Shown in pieces: positions 56,199 through 64,000 of a DNA stretch of 64,000 nt. The stretch spans positions 8,564 through 72,563 of the forward strand of contig WTHI01000135.1 in the NCBI GenBank assembly GCA_011523185.1. Direction: 5' to 3'. Made by a program: the position numbers and the translations under genes. The notes beneath the pieces are model-generated. The model saw only the letters and a list, made by a program, of their open reading frames with translations. It made no database searches and had not been told where the DNA came from. The number at the start of each line of letters is the position of its first letter. The first letter of the stretch is position 1. Source of the stretch: Methanobacteriota archaeon. GTDB lineage: Archaea; Thermoplasmatota; Poseidoniia; Poseidoniales; Thalassarchaeaceae.

Positions 56199-56609
56199 TC
56201 ATAGCCGAACTGGACGGGTGGCACCACAGGCTTGGCACTTTAGCAGAGTTGTTCGATCTTCTTTGATGAATCGGGTATCAGGAGCCTTGCATTGTTCACA
56301 GAGAATGTATGTTTTGACATATCCAACAATTTTCTCTTTGATTCTTTTTGGCGGAACCCTACCTTTGAGCATAACACGAACTTGCTCTCTAGTGCCTGAC
56401 GTTCCCAATTCATTGATGAGATATTGATAGACGTGATTTGCGTCCCTATCCATCGCATCTACTATAGCGGAAAAATTACGAATTATTGTTTGATTACCCT
56501 CAACTAAAATCTCAGGATTAGGCATAGTCCATCGATTTCTTTCGCTGATGTCCGTCGGAATTCTATCCCGTGCTCGATCGAGCAGAGCATCATATTCGAA
56601 GTCACTCAT
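56199..56609 (-). CDS. eif2b: Translation initiation factor aIF2 beta subunit
   Basis: C-terminal zinc ribbon YVKTYILCEQCKAPDTRFIKEDRTTLLKCQACGATRPV, plus the central helix-turn-helix region of aIF2beta. Confidence 0.85.
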   Translation of the reverse strand: MSDFEYDALLDRARDRIPTDISERNRWTMPNPEILVEGNQTIIRNFSAIVDAMDRDANHVYQYLINELGTSGTREQVRVMLKGRVPPKRIKEKIVGYVKTYILCEQCKAPDTRFIKEDRTTLLKCQACGATRPVRL

Positions 56610-56702
56610 CTATTCGGGCGAGCAACGTCTCCCTTTTCACCCCACCGGATAGGCTCACGGCTAGGCACTAACCGTCAAAGACCAGTTTAGCAACGGCGGG
56701 GT

Positions 56703-57152
56703 ATGGACGAGGTCATCGAGGTCAAGGTGGCAAAGGTCCACGAGGATGCACAGTTACCAACTAGAGGTAGCGCTCACGCAGCGGGTTACGACCTGTATGC
56801 TTTGGAAGATACCGATGTTCTCTATCGCACTGCAACATTAGTACGAACTGGTTTACATGTAGCGATTCCAATTGGCTATGAAGGGCAAGTTCGGGCTAGA
56901 TCATCTCTAGGCAAGAGAGGTTTGATTCCGCCACATGGAATCGGCACCATAGATGCCGATTATCGCGGAGAGTTATTTGTCATGATGACATGGATTGGTG
57001 AAGGCGATTCTTACACAATATCGAAGGGTGAGAGAATCGCTCAATTACTGATTACTCCAATCCCTCAATCAACCTTCAAAGAAGTGAATTTAGATGAACT
57101 TGGTGAGACTGATCGAGGAGATGGTGGATTCGGTTCTACAGGAAGATTCTGA
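56703..57152 (+). CDS. dut: dUTP diphosphatase (trimeric dUTPase)
   Basis: Motifs AGYDLYA, RSSLGKRGL, GTIDADYRGEL and a C-terminal GGFGSTG. Confidence 0.85.
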   Translation: MDEVIEVKVAKVHEDAQLPTRGSAHAAGYDLYALEDTDVLYRTATLVRTGLHVAIPIGYEGQVRARSSLGKRGLIPPHGIGTIDADYRGELFVMMTWIGEGDSYTISKGERIAQLLITPIPQSTFKEVNLDELGETDRGDGGFGSTGRF

Positions 57153-57234
57153 CTATCTTTACACGGTTCGTAGAACCGTGCTTCTACATATTCAACATAC
57201 GAATCCTTGATACGGGTCGGATGGAGCGGTCCAA

Positions 57235-57822
57235 TTGATGCCACTGAGCATAGACGAGCTTCGCAGAAAGGTCGAAGAATACCACAACAAGGGCCTGAAC
57301 AGTCAGCAAATAGCAGATGAGTTGTCACTTTCCCAGACCACCATCCAATGGCTTTCCTCCTCAAATGTACCACTTGATGAAGAAACTCCCTCTGATATCA
57401 GAGTTGGATGGCGTTCTGTTGCGGTTAAGGCTGCAAGAGTGGAAGCCGTATCATACGTATTCTGTGACATAATCGAAGAAGAAATTGGAGAAGAGGTTGA
57501 TACGATGGTTGGAATTTCAATTAATGGAATTCCCTTCGCCCAGGCAATTGCTGGGCAGATGGATCTTGAGTTGGCAGTAAGTCGAAGTATTAGCGAATCC
57601 GACGCAGGTCATCTATCCGAGGTATTCGCTTATGTTAGTGGAAAGAGAGTTGTCGTTATCGACGATGTTGTTTCTTCTGGAACTACTATGAGAAAGACCG
57701 TGCAACATCTTCGTGAATCAGGAGCTGACGTCAAACTATGTTTGGTTTTAGCAAATAAGACCGAAATGAACGATATTGACGGAGTCCCGTTGAGAGGCCT
57801 AGTTAGAGTGGTCACTGTCTGA
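57235..57822 (+). CDS. gfcR: GfcR-like transcriptional regulator (N-terminal HTH + orotate-phosphoribosyltransferase-like domain)
   Basis: N-terminal HTH (LNSQQIADELSLSQTTIQW) and the PRTase PRPP-binding loop RVVVIDDVVSSGTTM. Confidence 0.6.
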   Translation: MMPLSIDELRRKVEEYHNKGLNSQQIADELSLSQTTIQWLSSSNVPLDEETPSDIRVGWRSVAVKAARVEAVSYVFCDIIEEEIGEEVDTMVGISINGIPFAQAIAGQMDLELAVSRSISESDAGHLSEVFAYVSGKRVVVIDDVVSSGTTMRKTVQHLRESGADVKLCLVLANKTEMNDIDGVPLRGLVRVVTV

Positions 57823-57832
57823 GGTAGAATCG

Positions 57833-59410
57833 ATGCACTGGGCGGACTTTACCGCTGAAAAACTCAGCAAAGAACGAGGCAATAAGCAAGTTGCATGTTC
57901 AGGAATTACACCATCGGGTGAATTCCACATTGGTCACATTAGAGAGATTCTCTCAGCTGAAATGATACACAGAGCCTGTCTTGATGCTGGATTGGATTCT
58001 CGATACATATTCATCGTCGACTCAATGGACCCGCTTCGCCGAGTGTATCCGTTCCTTTCGCAAGAATACGAGAAATACATCGGTTGTCCTCTTGCATTCA
58101 TTCCTGCACCAGATTCAGACGGAAATCCTGACCCTAATGGCCTATCATACGCAGAACATTTCCTCGGGCCATTTTTAGATGCGCTTGCAGAAATTGGAGT
58201 GTTTCCTGAAGTAATTATGAATCACGAGACCTACTCAAGCGGTCAATTTGCTGAAAAGATAGATTCTGCAATAGAACAGGCTGAAGAAATTCGAGAAATC
58301 ATTGAAACTATTTCTGGTAGAGAATTGGATGTTAATTGGTTTCCATACAAACCACTTGGCTCAGATGGTAGTATGGATGGTGTGACTGTTACCGGCTATG
58401 AGAAACCATTTGTTCATTGGACAGATAGGCATGGAAAATCGGGTTCTTCAGACATAAGGAAAGCGGAAGGAAAGTTGCCTTGGAGAATAGATTGGGCGGC
58501 TCGCTGGGGGATTCACGGAATTACCTGTGAGCCAGCAGGAAAGGACCACGGGGCCGCTGGTGGATCATTTGATACAGGATTACCAATTTGCAAATTATTG
58601 GGTTCCGAACCACCCTCAAAGATGGTCTATGAATGGATTCAGGTAAAGGGAGCGGGGCCGATGTCCTCCTCTTCGGGTAATACCGTTGGCCCAATAGAAG
58701 CACTGAATTTGGTACCACCTGAAATTCTACGATATCTAATCGCGGGCTCGAAGATGAATCGGCATATCGATTTCAACACCGGTTCAGCACTATTTCAGAT
58801 GGCGGATGAATACGAGAGATTGGTTTCTGACCCGCCAAATCCAGATAATGAAGATCTTACAAAGAGACAGCGGGTTGCTGCAATAACCCAAAGTGGAGCA
58901 ATGCGACTAAGCCAAATAAAGAGAGGAAGCGACCCTGTTGATTCTCTCGCCGGAGTTACTTTCCGACACTTGGCAATGCTGGCGCAGATCAAAACCTCTG
59001 ATGATGATGTTTGGAATTCACTAAGAATTAGTGGTCACCTTAGTGGTAAGCCGAATTCCGCCTTACAAAACCGATTAGAAAGGATGCGAAACTGGATTGG
59101 AAGCATACATTTCCCGGAAGATGCAAGAATCAATATTCAAAAGGTAATTGATGAAAATTCGCGTGCACAATTAAGCTCAGAACAATTATCATTCCTTGAA
59201 AAATTGGCTGTTGAACTTGGCGATTCTGAATGGTCGGATGAAGCAATCGGAAACACAATTCGAATGACATCGGCTAACTCGGGCGTCAGTGGAAGAGAGG
59301 CCTATATTGCACTGTATTGGGCTATGTTGGGACGAAGTCATGGACCAAAGGCTTCAGCGCTAATTTTTGAAATCGGAAAGAGCGCTGCCATAGAATTGTT
59401 CGGCTCTTAG
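57833..59410 (+). CDS. lysK: Lysyl-tRNA synthetase, class I (archaeal LysK type)
   Basis: HIGH motif SGEFHIGHIREI and KMSKS-like GPMSSSSGN. About 525 aa with an LysRS-I-like N-terminus. Confidence 0.85.
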   Translation: MHWADFTAEKLSKERGNKQVACSGITPSGEFHIGHIREILSAEMIHRACLDAGLDSRYIFIVDSMDPLRRVYPFLSQEYEKYIGCPLAFIPAPDSDGNPDPNGLSYAEHFLGPFLDALAEIGVFPEVIMNHETYSSGQFAEKIDSAIEQAEEIREIIETISGRELDVNWFPYKPLGSDGSMDGVTVTGYEKPFVHWTDRHGKSGSSDIRKAEGKLPWRIDWAARWGIHGITCEPAGKDHGAAGGSFDTGLPICKLLGSEPPSKMVYEWIQVKGAGPMSSSSGNTVGPIEALNLVPPEILRYLIAGSKMNRHIDFNTGSALFQMADEYERLVSDPPNPDNEDLTKRQRVAAITQSGAMRLSQIKRGSDPVDSLAGVTFRHLAMLAQIKTSDDDVWNSLRISGHLSGKPNSALQNRLERMRNWIGSIHFPEDARINIQKVIDENSRAQLSSEQLSFLEKLAVELGDSEWSDEAIGNTIRMTSANSGVSGREAYIALYWAMLGRSHGPKASALIFEIGKSAAIELFGS

Positions 59411-59411
59411 T

Positions 59412-59657
59412 TTAGGAGTCATCATTCAATCTCTCAAGAAGGACAGTGGTGCCAATAAAGCCTCCAGCGAAACCTGCACCGAATATTCCCAATTCCAAAA
59501 TTGAAGAAAAAATTGATTCTAATGAATCAGCAATCCATCCAATAACATCGGAAAAAATTTCCAAAATACGCCCGAAGTTGATGGTGATTATGCCTGAAAC
59601 CGCCAAGAATCCCAAAAATGATACTTGAGCTAATGCGATAATTCTGATTGCCTTCAA
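59412..59657 (-). CDS. Small hydrophobic membrane protein (hypothetical)
   Basis: 81 aa with two predicted TM helices (IIALAQVSFLGFLAVSGIITI and ILELGIFGAGFAGGFIGTTVLL), downstream of carB. Confidence 0.35.
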   Translation of the reverse strand: MKAIRIIALAQVSFLGFLAVSGIITINFGRILEIFSDVIGWIADSLESIFSSILELGIFGAGFAGGFIGTTVLLERLNDDS

Positions 59658-59752
59658 CGATATGCTAGCTAAGAAAGCTGCAGTAGCACCGAGAAAGAAA
59701 CCTACTATACCCTTTACTCCGTAGTTAGTGATTAACTCGATTTTTCTCCCTC

Positions 59753-62700
59753 CTAATTTAGAATCGCTATATCCAGTAGTCTTGGTTCTGGCATACCCTC
59801 TTTTGCCTCGGCAATAGCTTGAACTTCCATCCGTGCTCCAGCCATCGTTGTCACAAATGGAATGTTAAGTTCGACCGCAAGCCTGCGCATCATATTCCCA
59901 TCCAATACCGCTCCACCAGTACTCCGAGGTGTGTTTATGATTAGTTGAATCTTACCTTGGCGCATTAGATCTAATGCGTCCGGAGTCAAACCCTCAGCGA
60001 TACGATAGCAGGTCTGAACATCTATTCCTCCTGAGTCTCGGAGGACGTGAGCGGTTCCTCTTGTAGCATAAATTGTGAAACCCATCTCCTCTAATTCTTG
60101 AGCCAAAGGAATGACATCGTGCTTGTCGGCGTTCTTGACAGTGATGTAGACTCCACCATCTGTCGGAACTGGGATTTCAGTTGCCAAGCGCGCTTTCAGA
60201 TATGCCGCGGCGGCGCGCTTGTGGCTTCCCATCACTTCTCCAGTACTCTTCATTTCTGGACCAGGGGCGGGGTCGAGGCCACGTAATTTGATGAAAGGGA
60301 ATACCGGTGCTTTGACACAAACTGCCTCACTCTGTGGCTCTGGGAAATCTAGGTCTGCTAATTTTTCACCCATAGTAAGACGGGCAGCAATACGGGCTAG
60401 TGGAACTCCGGTTGCCTTGGCTACGAATGGGAATGTTCTCGAGCCACGAGGGTTTACTTCCAAGACATACAGGGTCTCTCCACGAATGGCGTATTGAATA
60501 TTGAAACAACCCTTTACTCCGAGTTGAATACCAATCTTTCTTGTCCAATCTTCGACTTGTGCTAATACTTTCTTTGAGACATTTTGTGGAGGTATAAAAC
60601 AAGTTGAATCCCCTGAGTGAATTCCTGCTTCCTCAAGGTGTTCCATAATCGCTCCAATTAGCACTTCGCTACCGTCACAAACCGCATCGACATCTAATTC
60701 GATAGCATTGCCGAGATATTCGTCAACCAACAATGGGCGGTCTGGTGAGAGAAATGCTTCCTCCATATATGCATCCAATTGTCTGTTATTGGAAAGTATC
60801 TCCATACCTCGCCCGCCAAGAACGTAAGAAGGACGAATTAGTACGGGATAGCCTATCTCTTGAACTGCTTCCCTAACTCCTTCTGGCGTACTGGCAGTAG
60901 CCCCATTAGGCATCCTTAGACCAACACGTGCTGCAAATGCTTCGAAGCGTTCCCTGTCACTAGCTTCATCGACTGCATCCGGAGTTGTCCCTTGCATGGC
61001 TAAGTTGAGACCCATTCCTTCGAGGTGAGGAAGTCTACCAGCCAATGGAAGGGCGAGATTGATTGCAGTCTGGCCACCAAATTGTAGTAAAATGCCGTGT
61101 GCTTTCTCACGCAGCAAGACCTCTGCTGAGTGTTCCAATGTTAGTGGATCGAAGTATAGACGGTCGCTGGTATCGAAATCAGTAGAAACTGTTTCGGGAT
61201 TATTGTTGATGATAATCGCCTCATGTCCTAATTCTCTTATCGCCCCAACGGCATGGACACAGCCGTAATCGAATTCTATTCCCTGACCAATTCGAATAGG
61301 TCCGCTACCCACCACAACAATCCGTTGCTTAGTGAATTCATCGATTCCTGGTACGTGATCGATTCCAGTAGGAGCAGAACCTCCCTCGTAAGTAGCGTAG
61401 TAATATGGGGTTACAGCGGCAAACTCTGCTGCGCAAGAATCAACCATTCTGAATCTTGGATGAATTCCTAATTCGTGCCTCCTGGCCATTACCGAATCTT
61501 CATTCGAATCCTCAGGTAAGGTCTTGAATCCACTCGCTGGGAAGCCAGCGAGTGCATCTGCTATGTGTAAATCTGTGAATCCTGCGCCCTTCCATCGGCG
61601 CATCTCTAAAACAGGTATTTCTGATGCGCTCATTCCCAATTCTCCTGCTGCACGTATCTCTGTTTCAAGCGCGGCCATTTTCTCAAATCTGTGCAGGAAC
61701 CATCGAGTAATACCTCCCGATACATCTCTAACGTCTTCGATTGAATAACCTCGTCTAAATGCCTCAAATAAGGCACCCATCCTTCTATCGGTAGGAACTC
61801 TCAACCAATCGATTAGGAGGGCTTCAGGCAATGGTTCACTTGCTCTTTCATCCATGGTCTCCCCACCGGAAGCATCGGCCATGGTGAGTGGCCTAGGGTG
61901 AGGTTGGCCATACTCAAGACTGGCCCATGCCTTGAGGAAAGCCTCCTCAAAGCACCGACCTATTGCCATAACCTCGCCTGTTGATTTCATTGAGGTGCCA
62001 ATAGTTCGATCTGCGGTTCGGAATTTATCAAAGGGCCATCTAGGAATCTTAACTACACAATAATCCAATGTTGGTTCGAAAGCAGCGGTAGTGCCTTCAC
62101 CGGTAATTGGGTTAGGCAGTTCATCCAGAGTATAACCTACAGCGATTAATGCCGCCATTCTAGCGATTGGGTATCCCGTTGCCTTGCTTGCTAGTGCTGA
62201 AGACCTTGAGACTCTTGGATTAACCTCGATTACTCGATATTCTCCAGTCGATTGTTCGACTGCAAATTGAACGTTACAACCGCCTTTGATATTCAGCCTT
62301 CTAATCAGGCGAAGAGCAGCATCGCGTAACATCTGATGATCTCTGTCTGAAAGTGTCTGCTGTGGGGCAACGACAACCGATTCTCCGGTATGTACACCCA
62401 TAGGGTCAATATTTTCCATTGTGCAGACTATAATTGCGTTATCCGCACCATCTCTCATTACCTCATATTCATGCTCTTGCCAACCAAGGATGCTTTCCTC
62501 GATTAGTACCTGACCTATGGCAGAATGAAGTATACCTTGACTAGCTATCTCTACCAATTCACCCATATTGTGAGCAGTACCACCGCCAAGGCCACCCAAG
62601 GTGAAAGCCGGTCGGATCAGAAGTGGGAAACCTCCCAGACTATCGGCAGCTTGCATAACTGCCTCAATCGAATCACAAGCAATAGCTTTGCAAACAGGTA

Positions 62701-63124
62701 GGTCGATTTCCTCACACACCTGTTTGAATAAATCTCTGTCTTCGGCCTCATCAATTGATACTAAGTCACAACCGATTAATTCAACTTCCAATTCATCTAA
62801 ACTACCATCGTGGGCAAGGGCAGAAGCGATATTGAGGGCTGTTTGTCCACCCATTCCGGCGAGTAGAGCATCTGGTTTCTCGATTTCTAAAATTCTCTTT
62901 ACAACCTCCGGCAACAAAGGTTCGATGTAAATCCTGTCTGCCATTTCGGGGTCATTTTGAATCGTTGCCGGATTGGAATTAATCAGAATCACTTCGTAAC
63001 CATCTGCCCTAAGTGCTCTACAAGCCTGACTACCGGAAAAATCGAATTCCGCCGCTTGACCAATACGGATTGGACCACTGCCTAAAATTACAATTCGTTT
63101 CAAATCGTCTCTACGAGGCATCAA
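59753..63124 (-). CDS. carB: Carbamoyl-phosphate synthase large subunit
   Basis: Duplicated ATP-grasp halves (IVILGSGPIRIGQAAEFDFSGSQA... and IVVVGSGPIRIGQGIEFDYGCVHA...) and a C-terminal MGS-like domain. 1123 aa. Confidence 0.95.
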   Translation of the reverse strand: MMPRRDDLKRIVILGSGPIRIGQAAEFDFSGSQACRALRADGYEVILINSNPATIQNDPEMADRIYIEPLLPEVVKRILEIEKPDALLAGMGGQTALNIASALAHDGSLDELEVELIGCDLVSIDEAEDRDLFKQVCEEIDLPVCKAIACDSIEAVMQAADSLGGFPLLIRPAFTLGGLGGGTAHNMGELVEIASQGILHSAIGQVLIEESILGWQEHEYEVMRDGADNAIIVCTMENIDPMGVHTGESVVVAPQQTLSDRDHQMLRDAALRLIRRLNIKGGCNVQFAVEQSTGEYRVIEVNPRVSRSSALASKATGYPIARMAALIAVGYTLDELPNPITGEGTTAAFEPTLDYCVVKIPRWPFDKFRTADRTIGTSMKSTGEVMAIGRCFEEAFLKAWASLEYGQPHPRPLTMADASGGETMDERASEPLPEALLIDWLRVPTDRRMGALFEAFRRGYSIEDVRDVSGGITRWFLHRFEKMAALETEIRAAGELGMSASEIPVLEMRRWKGAGFTDLHIADALAGFPASGFKTLPEDSNEDSVMARRHELGIHPRFRMVDSCAAEFAAVTPYYYATYEGGSAPTGIDHVPGIDEFTKQRIVVVGSGPIRIGQGIEFDYGCVHAVGAIRELGHEAIIINNNPETVSTDFDTSDRLYFDPLTLEHSAEVLLREKAHGILLQFGGQTAINLALPLAGRLPHLEGMGLNLAMQGTTPDAVDEASDRERFEAFAARVGLRMPNGATASTPEGVREAVQEIGYPVLIRPSYVLGGRGMEILSNNRQLDAYMEEAFLSPDRPLLVDEYLGNAIELDVDAVCDGSEVLIGAIMEHLEEAGIHSGDSTCFIPPQNVSKKVLAQVEDWTRKIGIQLGVKGCFNIQYAIRGETLYVLEVNPRGSRTFPFVAKATGVPLARIAARLTMGEKLADLDFPEPQSEAVCVKAPVFPFIKLRGLDPAPGPEMKSTGEVMGSHKRAAAAYLKARLATEIPVPTDGGVYITVKNADKHDVIPLAQELEEMGFTIYATRGTAHVLRDSGGIDVQTCYRIAEGLTPDALDLMRQGKIQLIINTPRSTGGAVLDGNMMRRLAVELNIPFVTTMAGARMEVQAIAEAKEGMPEPRLLDIAILN

Positions 63125-64000
63125 CTATCCCCTCCTGAGGTGGGGATTGGAATTCCTGCTAAATGGTCCGCTACCATACTAGCGAATCTGTCGAATAGAG
63201 GAGATGCGTCATGTGGACCTGGGCAGGCTTCTGGATGATATTGGATTGTGAAGGCCCTTTTCCCAATCAAGTCCAGACCTTCTACAGTTCTGTCATTAGC
63301 ATTGACGTATCTAACCTTGAATGGGGCCTCAAGTTCGTTGCCCCCACGGATTGAACAAGCACCAGATGGATGAGGTGCAAGCATCCCTTTTTCGGGGTCC
63401 TCGACAGCAAATCCATGATTCTGGCTGGTGATATACACTCGTCCGGTTTCAAGGTCTACTACAGGTTGGTTTGCACCTCTGTGTCCGTATCTCAGTTTGT
63501 AAGTTCGTAGACCTGCTGCGAGCCCCATTAACTGATGACCGAGACAAATACCCATAACCGGCAAACCGGCTCTAACCGCTGCGGCTAAACTGTCTCTAGC
63601 GGTTGTAGCCGCTCCCGAATGTGCTGGATCACCTGGGCCATTCGAAGCGAAGAATGCATCCGGTTTCCATTTCAAAATCTCATCGAAGGTTGTAGTCGCT
63701 GGAAACCAAATTACCTCAAATCTTTGAGCTAATTCTCGAAGAATATTGTACTTGACTCCACAATCTATAGCCGCCAAACGAGGAAGAGATTTACCTTCCT
63801 CATCAACAGCACCTGGATTGATAATTACCGCCTCATCACATGTTACTTCAGCCACTAAATCCTCAGCATCGGGAGGAGTCATTTCGTCAAGTCGAACTAG
63901 CATTTCTCTTTCTGCTTCGGCCGGACCAAAGATACACAGAACCGTTCCATGCTCTCTAACCCGGCGAGTTAATTCCCTTGTGTCTATGTCTTGGATACCT
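63121..64000 (-). CDS. carA: Carbamoyl-phosphate synthase small subunit (glutamine amidotransferase), 5'-partial; the N-terminus lies beyond the window end
   Basis: GATase motifs GICLGHQLM (catalytic Cys), HGFAV and TIQYHPEA. The reading frame stays open to position 64000 (upstream translation ...TRELTRRVREHGTVLCIFGP matches the CarA N-domain). ATGA overlap with carB. Confidence 0.9.
   Translation of the reverse strand, partial: GIQDIDTRELTRRVREHGTVLCIFGPAEAEREMLVRLDEMTPPDAEDLVAEVTCDEAVIINPGAVDEEGKSLPRLAAIDCGVKYNILRELAQRFEVIWFPATTTFDEILKWKPDAFFASNGPGDPAHSGAATTARDSLAAAVRAGLPVMGICLGHQLMGLAAGLRTYKLRYGHRGANQPVVDLETGRVYITSQNHGFAVEDPEKGMLAPHPSGACSIRGGNELEAPFKVRYVNANDRTVEGLDLIGKRAFTIQYHPEACPGPHDASPLFDRFASMVADHLAGIPIPTSGGDS

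Overview
This 64-kb window looks archaeal. The evidence is the rps27ae-rps24e-spt4-rpoE' cluster, aRF1, aIF2-beta, a class I LysRS, archaeal-type DtdA, a Nog1-like GTPase and a GfcR-like regulator. The gene content plus three giant secreted proteins make Thermoplasmatota plausible, possibly Marine Group II/Poseidoniales, but that is inference only. I call about 54 protein genes and one tRNA-Leu(UAA, CCA encoded). I see no rRNA, no CRISPR array and no transposase or integrase.

Housekeeping content:
- carA (partial)-carB, lysK, dut, aIF2-beta and pyrH.
- An aRF1-argS-peroxiredoxin operon.
- XPD helicase, an HD dNTPase-like hydrolase and a bacterial-type NADP glutamate dehydrogenase.
- purC, proline dehydrogenase and DtdA.

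A contiguous lipoylation and 2-oxoacid dehydrogenase string runs lipA, E1alpha-E1beta-E2-E3, lipB, a class-V aminotransferase and ubiX. Several junctions use ATGA/TGATG overlaps. Pterin-related genes (folB-like plus a FolM/PTR1-like SDR, and PCD plus a 2Fe-2S ferredoxin) sit in two places.

Two accessory-looking islands encode giant surface proteins:
- A 1892-aa FG-GAP/CARDB protein with a co-transcribed 207-aa unknown partner.
- A tRNA-Leu-adjacent pair: a 979-aa CARDB protein and a 2981-aa protein. The large one has TSP3-type Asp-rich Ca-binding repeats, a transglutaminase-like Cys core, a C-terminal TM and a cytoplasmic DUF4129-like tail.
- All three have a signal peptide, a C-terminal TM anchor and a charged cytoplasmic tail. 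None has a PGF-CTERM-like sorting signal.

Other notable items:
- A secreted BNR/Ycf48-like beta-propeller is fused to a polar-amino-acid ABC permease, with its ATPase but no visible binding protein.
- Two long structured noncoding stretches (about 7715-7960 and 21565-21985) may be ncRNAs.
- Several GC-rich palindromic hairpins sit at gene ends.
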